A DNA stretch of 64,000 nucleotides from Callorhinchus milii (Eukaryota). The notes under the pieces are model-generated. The model was not told where the DNA came from and did no database searches. It saw only the letters and a program-made list of their open reading frames with translations. A program made the translations under genes and the position numbers. This document shows positions 12,727 to 25,149 of the stretch, one piece after another. Each line of letters starts with the position of its first letter. Position 1 is the stretch's first letter. The stretch is taken from NCBI RefSeq assembly GCF_018977255.1, contig NW_024704743.1:16866001-16930000 (forward strand). Direction: 5' to 3'.

Positions 12727-14960
12727 ATAGGAACATAGGAATTAGGAGCAGGAGTAGGCCATTCAGCCCCTCGAACCTGCCCCGCCATTCAATAAGATCG
12801 TGGCTGATCTTCTAACCTAACTCCATCTGTCCATATCCCTTAATCCCTCTATTCGTTAGAAATCTATCAATCTCAGTCTTGAATATGTTCAAGGACTGAG
12901 CATCTACAGCCTTCTGGGGTAGAGAATTCCATAAATTCACTACCCTCTGAGTGAAGAAGTGTTTCCTCAACTCTGTTCGAAAAGGCTGCCCCTTAATCTT
13001 AAGAGTGTGACCCCTAGTTATAGATTCTCCTACCAGGGGAAACAGTCTCACACTGTCTACTCTGTCACCAAGGCCCTATACAGTTGCAGCAAGACTTCCC
13101 TACTCTTGTATTCTTTTAATTCTCATGTGTATGTGTATTTCCTTTCAGGAGACTATACTGCCCATGTTTCCATGTCAGAGTTTGCTCCTTCAAGAAGCCA
13201 ACCATTCTTATTCCTTGCTCTTTTCCATATCCTCTAATTGCTGTCCTGTAGCTCAGTGGTTAGAGCACTCGCTTTGCAAGCGAGAGACCTGAGTTCAATT
13301 CCAGGTAGAGGGCGAAACCTTGGGCAAGTTTCCTTACTCCACACAGAGCCTAATAATAATCCCTCCAAAACAAAACAATAATAAATTGGTCATTTTCAAT
13401 CTACGACTGTTTTTGGGACATTGCTGTGCGCAATTGGCTGCCGCGTTTGCCCACAAATATAGTCAATTCACTTTACAGTGTGTTCTGTGAAGCGCTTTGG
13501 GACGTCCTCCCGACGTGAAAAGCGCTATATCAAATGCAAGGATTATTATTATTATAACCCTTTTGCAATAAACACCAACATGCCGTTAGCCTTCCTAGTT
13601 GTTATACCTGCATACTAACTTTTTGTGACTGCTGTACAAGGACACCTACATCCCTCTGAACACTTACACTACCTAGTCTCTCCCCCTCTAGAAAATAATC
13701 TGCTTTTCTGTTTTTACTACCTAGGTGAATAACTTCACACTTCACCACATTATATTCCATCTGCCACCTTCTTGCCCACCCACCTATCTATATCCTTTTG
13801 CAATCTTTTTGTGTCATCCTCAGAGCTTACTCTCCCACCTAGCTTAGTATCATCTGCGAATTTAGATATTTTAAGTTCTATGTCCTTGTCCAGATCATTG
13901 ATATAGATTGTAAATAGTTGTGGCCCAAGCACGATCCTTGTGGCATTCCACTAGTCACATCTTACCAATCTGAGAAGGACCCGTTTATCCCTACTCTCTG
14001 TTTTCTTCCCATTAGCCACTCTTCGATCCATGCTAATATATTGCCTTTAACTCCATAGGCCCTAATCTTGTATAGCAGCCTTTTATTTGGCACCTTGTCG
14101 AATGCCTTCTGAAAATCTAAATACACTACATCTACTGGTTCCTCCCTATCTAACCTGCTGGTTACATCCTCAAAAAACCCTAAAAGATTTGTTAAGCATG
14201 ACTTTCCTTTTGTAAATTCATGTTGACTCTGTCTAATAATGTTATGGTCCTCTAAGTATCCCACTACGACATCCCTAATTAAGGATTCCAGAAATTTCCC
14301 TACCACCGATGTCAGACTGACTGGTCTATAGTTCCCCATCTTCTCGATCCCATCCTTCTTAAATAGTGGTGTTACATTTGCAATCTTCCAATCAATGGGA
14401 ACCGTTCCAGAATACAGGAAATTTTGGAAGAACAAAAACAAGGCATCCACTTTCTCAGCAGCCACCTCTTTTAAAACCCTAGGATGCAGGCCATCGGTCC
14501 AGGGGATGTGTCATTTTTCAATCCCAACAATTTCCCTAGTACTAATTCTTTACTGATGTTAATTTCCCTAATTTGCTCACTAACATTAACTTCTTGGTTC
14601 CCATCTATTTTTGGTAAGTTTTCAGTGTCTTCTAACGTGAAGACAGAAGCAAAGTATTTGTTTAATGATTCTGCCATATCTTTATCCCCCATTATAATTC
14701 CTCCTGTCTCTGCCTGTAATGGGTCCACATTCACTTTGGATAGTCTATTCCTCTTTATGTATTTGTAAAAACTCTTGTAGTCTCTTTAGCTAGTTTGCCC
14801 TCATAATCCATTTTCTCCCTCCTAATCAGTTTCTTAGTTTTTCTTTATTGGTCTCTGAAACCCTCCCAATCCTCGGGTTTACTGCTTTTTTTGGCTGTGT
14901 TATAGGTCTCTATAGTTAGCCATGGTTGAACCACTTTTCCTGTGGTATTTTTATTCCTCA
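12727..14960 (-). mobile_element. CR1 LINE (RT region plus shark-type 3' tail), decayed and interrupted
   Basis: NYRPVSLTSVVGK, KGKSCLTNL, VYLDFQKAFDKVP, KFADDTKLGG, FFTQRVVNLWNSLP. Tail on the minus strand: gaatggcggggcaggttcgaggggctgaatggcctactcctgctcctaattcctatgttc. Confidence 0.93.
13243..13555 (+). mobile_element. tRNA-Ala-like SINE, young short variant, inserted in CR1
   Basis: Near-identical to the copies at 27723, 43784 and 62011. Confidence 0.92.
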
Positions 14961-15209
14961 ACTCTGGAAAGTGTCCATCGATGGATGATTCACCAGGTTA
15001 ATGTGCGGCTTTGCTATGATCAGAGCCCAGATAAACTCGAATGATAGTCCCTAGAGCTGAGAAGGTTAAGGGTGAACTGATTGATATGTTTAAAGTAATG
15101 CAAGAAATTGGCAAGCTAGCTAGAGAATGACCGTTATGCCTGGTCAAGAATCAAAACAAGACAATCTTAAAATTAAAGCTGAGCTGGTTATATGTGAGGT
15201 AGGAAAGTG

Positions 15210-15645
15210 CAGCGTTCTCTGTAGTCCGGTTCCTGAGCCAGGCAAGTCCACACTGCACTATCCAATGTTTTGGAGTTAACACTAAGCTGTCCATTGCACA
15301 GGAGGAGCTTCAGGACAAATGGTAAGCACCGCACTGACCTGTCCTGGAAGCCAAAACCCCAACTGGTAGGTTGGTACTAGCTGGGCAAGCAGCAGGAAAG
15401 CTTGCAGTTTTTGCTGGTGAGTCTCCAGCAGTACCCAAAGGGGTCCCCAAACCTTGGCCCTTGGCAACTTGTGCCTAATACTTTCCTGAATTAGGTAAGC
15501 AGGATGCATCCCTCCAGGAGCAGAGTTCGCAATCCATTCCAATAAATATCTCGGGAATTTCCAATGTAAAGGTAGGATGCATGGAACTCTCATTTGGTTT
15601 GGATACTGTTTAGCATGGTGATGCGTATTTGCATGCGTCAGACCA
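15210..15645. repeat. unclassified interspersed repeat (second, shorter copy at about 48380-48600)
   Basis: Shared blocks: gttcctgagccag, cttg[gc]caac[tc]tgtgcctaat, taagcagg...tccctccagg, atgcgtcagac. Confidence 0.6.
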
Positions 15646-17459
15646 AAAATGACTAAGCCTCATCCAGGATTTGATGTCTGGCATTCAGTCTGTCGGAATA
15701 ACAGTGGTCCTGAAGCCAAGGGTAGAGGCAGAAACATAGAGTTAGGTGTCATCTTGATATGGAAGTGGTCCCTTAGCCTGCTGGTGATGTCACCAAGGGA
15801 GAGAGCATGAATATGATGAAAAAGAGGAGACCGAGGATCACTACCGGTGTCTGTGAAGACACTTGGTCAGGTCAGAGGGAAACCAGGAAAAGGACAGAGC
15901 CAGCGAGGTGTTTGAGGTGGGAGGGACAGTGGAGAAGGATGCAGTGAACAACTGTGTCAGCTTTAGCTTGAGAGGTCTCAGTTGGAAGAACCTGTATTAT
16001 TTATCGTACCTTATCATGCTAAAATGTCTCAACATGCTCTACATTGATTATCATGAAGTGTAGTGACTGTATTTATAGATACACGCAGCTGTCATTTAGC
16101 ACACATGAAAGGTTTGATCTGCTTTTATGTAAGTCATGAAAGGAATTATACAACAACTACAGAAAATTGCATTTGTACAGTGCCTTTCACGTCGAGAGGA
16201 CATCCCAAGGCTCTGGGACTAATACAAATGCAAGTTTTTATTGTAAGTTATCAGGGATTCCACTCATCCATGTCTTGCCAAACCCAATCCCAGCTTCTAG
16301 TTACATATCCAATGTATTGACGTTAACAGAGAGCTTCTCTGTCCATTGCTCTGGAGGACTTTGGGACAAATGGCAAGAGAAAGAGCTCCATCTGGTGAGG
16401 AATCTTTGCTACACATTTGGGTTAGTGATAGAAATAATAATCCTCACTAGAACTACCTCCTTTGCAAACTCATGCCTTTTATATGCTCATTATTGTAACA
16501 GTTTTCAGTCAATATCTTCACAAAATTAAAATGTAATTATACTTGTGGTTATCACGTAAAAACACTTCACCAGTAGTAAGTGTAGTGACTAAAAAATAAA
16601 TAATAATTCTTGCATTTTATACAGCTCCTTTCACGTCGAAAGGACATCTCAAAGTTCTTCACAGGATTTTGTAAAGTGTAACAACTGAATGCAAACACCA
16701 ACCATCAGTTTACGATCAGGTGAACAGCTAGATTGAAGCACCAGCCTAGACTGTAAGTTTATGTTCCGAGGTTGGACTTGAACCTACAAGCTTCTGACCC
16801 AGAGACGAGTTAACATCTGTTGAATAGATTACAGAATGCTGGCAAATGTATCTGATTGTAGAACCCTAAACAACAACCAAGAGAAATAAGTACACAATCA
16901 CTTTACAAGAGGTTTAGACATTTTTGGTGAAGTACATTTTTGGTGAAGTGCGGATATAACTCACGAGCTTGAGTTGTATCTGCAGTCTGTTTCCAGACTT
17001 GCATTTACACACTTTCATCAGCAGAAGGCAGCAAACAATAAGCAATAAACAAAGCAGCTGCTCAAAAAGCAATGGCCATTGTAGCAATTTCAGGGGCAGA
17101 TTTTCCATTAAACCCAGCAACCCTCAGTGCAGGTTTTATTTCAATCATCTGAATGTCAAACATAATTGGTGCCTTATGTAGCCTTATCCTTGTGCTATTT
17201 GATATAACGCTTTAACATCTCAAAACTTCTGAAAGTACAGGGTTGTCTGTGAAGTCAGTGAACGCAGCAACCACAGCAATTTCCATTTATATAACGGTTT
17301 TGATGTCGGCAGGACGTCTCAAGCCGCTTCACATGGCAGCCAAATTGCACACAACAATGTTCCACAATCATTGGAATGAAGTGAATGACCAATTCTTTAT
17401 GCGGGGTATTGTTCTGGATATCTAGATGCATGAGTGGGATATGTGATGAGATATTAATG

Positions 17460-17798
17460 TAACAATCCTTGCATTTGATATGTCACGTCGTTAAGACGTC
17501 TCAAAGCACTTCATGTAATATATTGTAAAGTGGATTGAAGGTGTATTTTGTGGGCGAACGCAAAAGCCAATTGTGCACAGCGGTGTTCTACAAATAGTAG
17601 TGGATTGAGTGACCAAATTTATTTTATTTTTGGGTAGGAGGGATTATTACCTCTGGAAAGCGATCCGCTAATCAACTAGCAACCAAGTTCCTACTTACTG
17701 CTAGGTAAACAGAGGTGTGTGGAGTAAATAAACTTACCTAAGGTTTCACCCTGCCCGGGAATCGAATTTGTGTCCTCTCGCATGTGCTATGGGACTCC
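17460..17798 (-). mobile_element. tRNA-derived SINE, long variant
   Basis: Reverse complement of the SINE head, body and tail. Confidence 0.82.
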
Positions 17799-18057
17799 GA
17801 GATGACAACCACAATTTTTTTGTGATAAGATCCTTGATGTTACATATTCATTCAGATATTAAACCGTTGAGAAAAAAAATTAGTGTAACGCATTATTAGT
17901 TTGACGTACAAAGAGGTTAGACAAATACAAATATATTCAAGATATTGCATTTAGCAAGAAAAAGTAGCAAACACAAGTACTACGAGAATAGGATAGAAGA
18001 GGAAACTGAAAGAGATCTAGGTTTGAAAATTTAAACCCAGGACAATACTTCCATATA

Positions 18058-18330
18058 AATATATCATTAAGATCTCTCTTGAGCCTTCTCTTCCCCAGTG
18101 TGAACATTTTCAATTTCTGTAGCCTCTCCTGGTAATTCGAGTGCTTAATTTCAGCAATCAATCCAGTGTCCTAGGATGTACCCTCTCCAATGTCCAGATG
18201 TCCTTAGTATTATACCATAACTAGAATTACACACAATAATCCATGTGTGGCAGGCTTGGTTTGCTTTCACAAGTTCAGTATCACCTTCAATGATGGATAT
18301 TCCAGCCTTTTAATCATACATCCACAACAA
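18058..18330 (-). mobile_element. CR1 fragment
   Basis: YQERLQKLKMFTLGKRRLKRDLNDIF on the minus strand. Confidence 0.75.
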
Positions 18331-19104
18331 GGATACAGATGAAGAGAACCCTTTGACCCATTTGATCTGATCTTGCTGGAATACTCACCCTACTCTCTTC
18401 CATTATTGTATCCAGTTCTTTCTTCATAGGATCTGGGCTGCCTCCTCTGATTCTGCAATATTCTCTAGTTCAATGTCATTTGCAAAAGTAATTACCTTGA
18501 AAATCTGAGTCATTCAGTGCCTTGGAATGTACTAGCACATGTGTGGGGAAGAGAAGGCTCAAGAGAGATCTTAATGATATATTCAAGATCCTAAAGATAA
18601 ACTGAATGCTAATAACGTTTAACAGTATTATTAATTTGAGAGCTTGATAGTGATAGTGCTCTTGGACGGATGAGGGGCGCTATATAAATGCAGGTTGTTG
18701 CTGTAGGTACCTTGCCTGTTCACTGGCAAACAAAGTTCAATACAAATATAAGCTGTGCAGGTGTGTCAAGCCACACTGCCATTAAGTGCTCTAAGATATG
18801 GAAGTGTGGCTGCTCATTTTATAGCCTCAGAGCAATACAATACAATGCAAATTACATTTAGGCAGCACCTTTCATGTCACAAAGACATTTCAGAGAACTT
18901 AACATTGATTAACATCGCGAGCTGGGAGTGGGAGCCAAGGGGCATGGAGAGGAATGACAATGGAAAGAGCTGTCAAGCACATTAAGAACGAGATAATCTG
19001 TGACAGAGGAATACCTGGTTGTTAGGACCACTGAATCTTCCAATATTTTCAATGTAGTTAGGGTCATTCCAATCCTTGTTTCACTATAAACAAGATACAA
19101 ATAA

Positions 19105-19445
19105 ACAAAACAAACTATTTGCATTTATATTGTGCCTTACATGTCAGGACAACGTCCCAAGGCACTGGACGTTGAAGGGTTTGCACCTGAGCTGGGGATT
19201 GGAATCAAGAAGGTGGAGGGTAGAGGGGAGTACCGGGTGGAAGGGAGTGGAGGTAGGAGGGTGACCAAAGGCATGGTTGAAGAGAAAAGACTTGAGATGG
19301 GTTTTGAAGGAGATAAGGGAGGGAACAAGGTGGAAGGCTGTGGGATGGAGTTCCAGGGGGTGGGGGCAGAAAGGCTGAAGGGTGCCTTTTGCAAGCAGGG
19401 TGGGGGATGTGGAGCACGCAGATCGCAGAGATAGGGAGGAGTAAG
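19105..19445 (-). mobile_element. L2 3' fragment
   Basis: SFKTHLKSFLFNHAFG and an L2 tail. Confidence 0.82.
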
Positions 19446-19935
19446 ACCGCAGTCTTAAACGTGAGAACGAGGCTCGCATTCCCTTCTGCAACACAGACTA
19501 CAGTATTTTTGTTGTTCTATTACCAGCAAGCAGAGGGAAGTTAAGGCCAGCAGAGGTCCTGTGAATTTTCAAAGCTGTAACTTTGCATTTGGCAAGTGGC
19601 CTCCCTGCCAGATGTTGGCGGATTTGTTTTTCTGAGAAGTGGTAGTGATCTCAAATTGTGCTGGTTGTCAAGGCTGACAACATGAAAGATCATACTGTTT
19701 TCTTGTGGCAGGAGACATCAGCCCTGAGCCACATTTCTGGCCCCTGCAATTGAGTGACTCCTCAACACCTTGAATGTGGGTGTCATGCTGGTTCAGTTGG
19801 TAGCATTTTTGCCTTAAGTCAGAACATCAGCTCTTGGAACTCGTATTATATCTCTATATACACACACATATATATGGTTATTATTATTATGGTTATCCTG
19901 AATATCTGGTTTCTATGGAATCCTGCAGCGTTTAT

Positions 19936-20292
19936 GGAGTCATGTAGCGTATTGGTTAGAGCAGTCGCCTCGCAAACAAAAGTAACTGGGTTCAATTCCA
20001 GGCAGGGCAAAACATTGGGCAAGTTTCCTTACCGCACACAATTGTTTACCTGGCAGTGAGTAGGATCCCGGTTATTAGTTGATTGGCGGATCACTTTTCT
20101 GGAGATAATAATCCCTTCAAAAATAATTTGGTCACTCAATCCAAGACTGTTTGTGGAACACTGCTGTATGCAATTGGCTGCCGAGTTTCGCCCACAATAT
20201 ATACAGTCATTCCACTTTATAGTATATCCTGTGAAGCGCTTTGAGACGTCTCGACCACGTGATTAGACGTTATATCAAATGTAAGAATAATT
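19936..20292 (+). mobile_element. tRNA-derived SINE, long variant
   Basis: ggagtcatgtagc...gggttcaattccaggcagggcaaaac head, shared body and tail. Confidence 0.85.
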
Positions 20293-21239
20293 AATATTGT
20301 TTTTATATTTACAGCCAATGTGTAGCTACGTGAAGGGTTAGCATATGTCAGTTGATTCCTGGGGACCCGACGATGGGGTGGTTGATGCTAGCGTCAGCTT
20401 TCGGTCCCCTACAACTTTGTCTGCAGCTGAATTTGCAAGGGCTAAGCCCCCCTCGAGCCCTAGCCCCCACCACCTACCTACGTATTCGTTGAAAAGCGGG
20501 ACCCATTTTCAGAAGGCGCTCGGAAAACATTCCCGGGGGGGGGGTGAGGGGAGGTGGGGAGGACACGGGAAGTTTCCCGAATAGCCCGTCCTCCCTTGCC
20601 CTGGCCCCTGACAATTTAGTAATTTGTAGAATTCTCGTGATCTCAGCAGGATATAATCTGGCTCTAAATTTGTGTGGGTGGGTGGGGCGGGGTGGAGAGG
20701 CCGTGTTGGAAAAAAACCCTGCTTACTCAGAGTGGGGTTACTGTGGTTCATTGTGTTGCTGAGCAGCATTTTATTCGACTGGGATTTGTGCTGAAGGCAG
20801 CTTTTAGCCTAAAAATCCTCCACTTATTATCTCGCATGTGACTGAAGATTTATTTTATTTTGCAGATTTATGTTTCGTGGACTTTTTAAAGTCACATTCC
20901 TCAATTAGAAACCTGGGTCTGACAGGACATTAAGGGTCAAATCCCCACCAAGTGAATCCCTTGAAAAGGGTCTGAAATTCTTGATTTGGGGGATAAAACT
21001 GCGCAAAATTGACAATATGTTACAGTTTGCTCTGCAAGATTATTTTACTAAGAAATGCAGTTCTGCTCACAGAGAGCAAGTGTGGGAGACATTGTAAAGT
21101 GCAGGAAAGGGAGGGAAGGGGTTACGGACCCTGACAATGATAAAGTGCAGCAATCCTGGGAGGTCTGATACATTGCAACGAAACAATGTTATACTGTACT
21201 GTATTTCTGGGATCTTAACAAAGCTGCTCTTTGGTGCAC

Positions 21240-21712
21240 TAGATTAAGCAATATAAATGTAAGACGCAAAGGGGCTGGAGTGGCCGTGCTGTGTTGTATT
21301 TCCTCCTGTTACCTTGTCCGTCTGACTGACTTGACTGACTGACTGACTGACTGAAGGAGAGCAAGAGAAAGTCCTTCCCTCTGGCACGTCCTTTAATTTC
21401 CATCATAAAGAACTCGGGAGCCAAACATTAACACATGGAAATCGTTTGGTTGGAGGAGTGTGGCCTGGAGCCAGAGGCTACACCGTCTTCTCTGCTCCTA
21501 GTGTGAGATTTTTTTTTGCACGATTCGGCTTTGAAACCTCCATATAAATCTCTGCCAGCTTCGAGGCCAGTTGCGAGCAGCGGTAATACAGGGCCACTTA
21601 ATTCCCAATGTTAGTCACAATGTGGACTGGTTTGAAGACCTGTTTGAAGAGTAGCCGCCTCTGAAGTGTGTTGTGTGTGTGTGTGATGTGCTGCTCTCAA
21701 TAGCTATCCAGG
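21240..21712 (+). promoter_or_regulatory. candidate promoter/5'UTR of the col15a1 exon at 21713
   Basis: Stretch without recognisable transposon sequence directly upstream of the ATG. TATAAA at 21252 and 21543, (GACT)n at about 21324-21354 and (GT)n at about 21666-21686. No transcript evidence. Confidence 0.35.
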
Positions 21713-22013
21713 ATGACTATCCGCATGCTGCCCCTGGCTGTCTGTTTGCTGCTGGGTAACGCTGTGTCTGCACAGTGGTGGTGGAAGTTCTGGGGCTCTC
21801 AAAGCACTTTAGCCCCAGGGACAAGCCCTGTTCCGGCCACCCAGCCTGGACCCACGTCTCAGCATCTCAGCCCACATCTCCTGCCCAGGTCAACTCAGGC
21901 TGCGCTGCTCGAGCGTTTGCCTCAGCAGCTCGTAACAAGTGCCACCACCTGGACAGCAGGTGACCTGCCTGAGCCCAGGGGTGAGATCGGGCTTCCCGGG
22001 AGGACTCCAAAAG
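21713..22013 (+). CDS. col15a1: collagen XV alpha-1, first coding exon seen (signal peptide plus W-rich, Pro/Thr-rich N-terminal extension)
   Basis: ATG at 21713 opens MTIRMLPLAVCLLLGNAVSA|QWWWKFWG..., a hydrophobic signal peptide with a small-residue (VSA) cleavage motif. The donor AAG|GTAAAG after 22013 is phase 1 and matches the phase-1 start of the TSPN exon (G+AA=Glu). Alternative in-phase donors lie after 21959 and 21980. Confidence 0.75.
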
Positions 22014-24476
22014 GTAAAGTGCTGCAGATGCTTCATCCTGTCCATCCCTGTTGTTTGCAATAGATCTGTTTGCAGCAATCGCGTTCAGCTTTCAGTCCTT
22101 GGCAGGCGCTTGGTTACAGAGGAGCTGACAAGGTCAACTCATTTGCTTTTGCATGTGTAAACTATATATCTACAGTATATATATATATATCGTAAAAACA
22201 GAAAGTTGTCAAGCATAACGTAACAGCTGTGGCTAAACCAGAGGATCTGACCTAAACAGAGCTGGCCTGTGCAGCAATTGTCGAGAGTGCATACTTTCAG
22301 ATGTTTGATTATCGTACTATTTATGTGAGAATAAGTCATTTGCTTTGAGAGTCTTTTTTTTCCCTACCCTCCTGGCGAGTAGAGTATTAATGTAAAATGC
22401 TCTTTCAATAACACTGCTACCTCCTGTGCCTTGTAGATGAGTTGATTTATGAATACTGGGGCACTTTGTTCAACCCCGATAACAGGTTAATAATACTCTA
22501 CCCTCTTCATTTCACTATCAGATAATTCCTATCAAATCAAATAAAGAATTTGTATTTTTATAGCACCTGATGGGCACTTAAATGTGTCAAAACACTTGAC
22601 AAGTGACTTCTGAAGTGTGGTGACTGTTATTGTAGGCAGATATCATGGCCATTTACCCCAGCAAGGTCCCATAAAAAGCCATTTGGTCAGGGCACAGGGA
22701 GGAATATTCCATTTTACAGGATCTTTAACATCCACATCCTGAACTGGCAGATGGGACCATAGTTTAATGACTCATCAGAAAGACCAATAGAAAAATCAAG
22801 GAAACCCTAGAAATTTACAGCACAGAAAAAGGCTATTCGAACCATTGTGATGGTGCTTGCACTTTTAAGAGCAATCCTTTCAATCCTATTTACTTGTCCT
22901 TTCTCCGTACCCCTGTAGTTTACTCCTTAACGGCACCTCCAACAATGAAGTGCCCTCCCCCCATTTGTACTACATAGGAGTGGTAGCCTCAAGGCTATAA
23001 GTTTAAAATCTGGCCATGAGGTCAAACACACAGCTCTCTGATCCAGAGATAAAAATGATATAATAATTATCTTTGAATTTGATGTGACGCTTTATCATGT
23101 CGTCCAGACATCTCAAAGCTCTTGACAGGATATACTGCAAAGTGGTGTGTACTTTGTGGACGAACATGGCAGCCAACTTACACACACCAATGTCCCACAA
23201 CAGTAATGGAGTGAGTAACCAATTTTATTCCGGGAATTGTAATTGTTAACGAAGACCAAACCCAATTCTCTTTTCAAAATAGTACCAAGAGATCTTTAAC
23301 ATCTTGGACAGGCAAACTAATACCCTAAATTATACTGTGAGGTTCAAATCAGACCCGGAATACTTGGATGAAAGAGCCCTTCCCATTCATTAGTTACCAG
23401 TGACTATTCTGCTATCAAACATTCCACGATTGTCTGCAAGGACAACTAAAATTTTCAATGTGATTACAATTATTCTTTAGTGAAATGCTAGGCTCAAAAG
23501 TTATGCAACACTGTACTAGGCATTGAACCAGATGATAGGATTAGTTGTCACAAAACCAGATGTTCCTGAACACAGGGGAGCCACATAAAAGGGGGAATGT
23601 TTATTCACTGAAAAAGAAACCACAAATTGATGCTGGGCACGTAACTTGTTAGCCCAAATGGAAAGTTGCCGAGGCTCAGCATCCTGGTGCTGTGTTTTTC
23701 ACGAACTGAGTCTGTTGTCAAACTTCTTTGTACATAGACTAATTTACATTTGGGTTAAAATAAAAGGATCTGAGAAAGCACGACAACTTCATTCTGCACC
23801 ACTGACTGCTCAATTCTGCAAGAACATATCAAGACAGCGAGTTGAAAATAGAAAATTGCCAGACTGTGATCTGATTGAAGGGTAATTCTTTCTTAATCCT
23901 TTCTTCAAATTCCTAGGCCTCACTATCTTCTCCAATCTCAGATAAATTGCTCACATTTTCTTTGAAGCACCTGTACAAAGCTTCCAAGTGAAAATTATCA
24001 TGTTGTGGTATGTTAATTAATGCCAATGGTGATATTTAACATCTGCAGTAAATTTACAACAACCTGCACTGAATTTTGCAATTTGATAATAATGGAAACT
24101 TTAACAACAAATTACATTTGTAAAGAGCCTTTCACATCAGGAAGACGTCCCAAAATACTGGACCAGTTATCAAATGCCACAATCAGCGAACCAAAGCTCA
24201 AATTTCTGGCCTCCATATTCTTTTGCTCAGTCTGAGATTTCCTTATCTGTCTTATTGATAAAACTACAATCGCTGCTTTGCAATTTTTTTCTGTCTTGTT
24301 ACTAGTTCCAAGTACATCATTCTATATGCCTCCACCGCTCTACATTTCACCCACAAATATACAGTCAATTCACTTTACAGTCTATTCTGTGAAGCGTTTT
24401 GAGACGTCTTAGAAGACGTGAAAAGCGCTATATCAAATGCAAGGATTATTATTATTATTATTACATTCTTCCAGTC

Positions 24477-24762
24477 CTTCGGATGAGACGTTAAATCAAG
24501 GCCCCATCTGCTTGTTCAGGTGGGCATTAAAGATCTGTGGCACTATTGAAAAAGAGGTGCCCCAGTTAACAATCCTCCAAAATAAAATTGATCACTCACT
24601 CCATGGCTGTTTTGTGGGACATTGCTGTGTGCAAATTGGCTGCCGAGTGCACCTACAAATACACACAAGGCACAACACTTTACAATATATCCTCTGAAAT
24701 GCTCTGAGCCATCTCAATAACGTGCTAAAGCTCTATATCAAATGCAAGGTTTATTATATTAT
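24477..24762 (+). mobile_element. Deu-domain SINE fragment
   Basis: ccttcggatgagacgttaaatcaaggccccatctgcttgttcaggtgggcattaaagatctgtggcactattgaaaaagag resembles the DeuSINE core. L2-type tail. Confidence 0.75.
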
Positions 24763-25149
24763 TACACCCTCCCTGTGTTGAAATAACTTAGAATTGCAGA
24801 ACCACCAGACTCTGGAACCTCCTTATTCTTAATTGTTTACTGAAAGGTTATTCAAGTGTATGGGGAGCGAGCAGGTGAGTGAGCTCATGTGGCAAAAAGC
24901 GCCAGCACAGACTTAATAATTATTATAATCCTTGCATTTGATATAGCGCATTATTGTGTTTTTGAGACGTCTCAAAGCGCTTCACAGAATATAGTGTAAA
25001 GTGAATTGACTGTATATTTTGTGGGCGAAGCGCGGCAGCCAATTGCGCACAGCAGTGTCCCACAAACAGCCGTGGATTGAGTGACCAATTTATTAGATTG
25101 GTAGCTGTTCCTATGTTGTTACATTCTATGATTTGAGCTCACAATCTCG

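Noticed and set aside
20315..20700. G-rich tract and GC box about 1 kb upstream of the ATG as a promoter G-quadruplex
   Set aside because: The tract ends in gccctggcccctg and looks like a DNA-transposon/MITE end. There is no evidence for regulatory function.
1000..21200. Upstream short-form col15a1 leader exons or a neighbouring gene
   Set aside because: I could not identify any by eye. Very small exons could have been missed.
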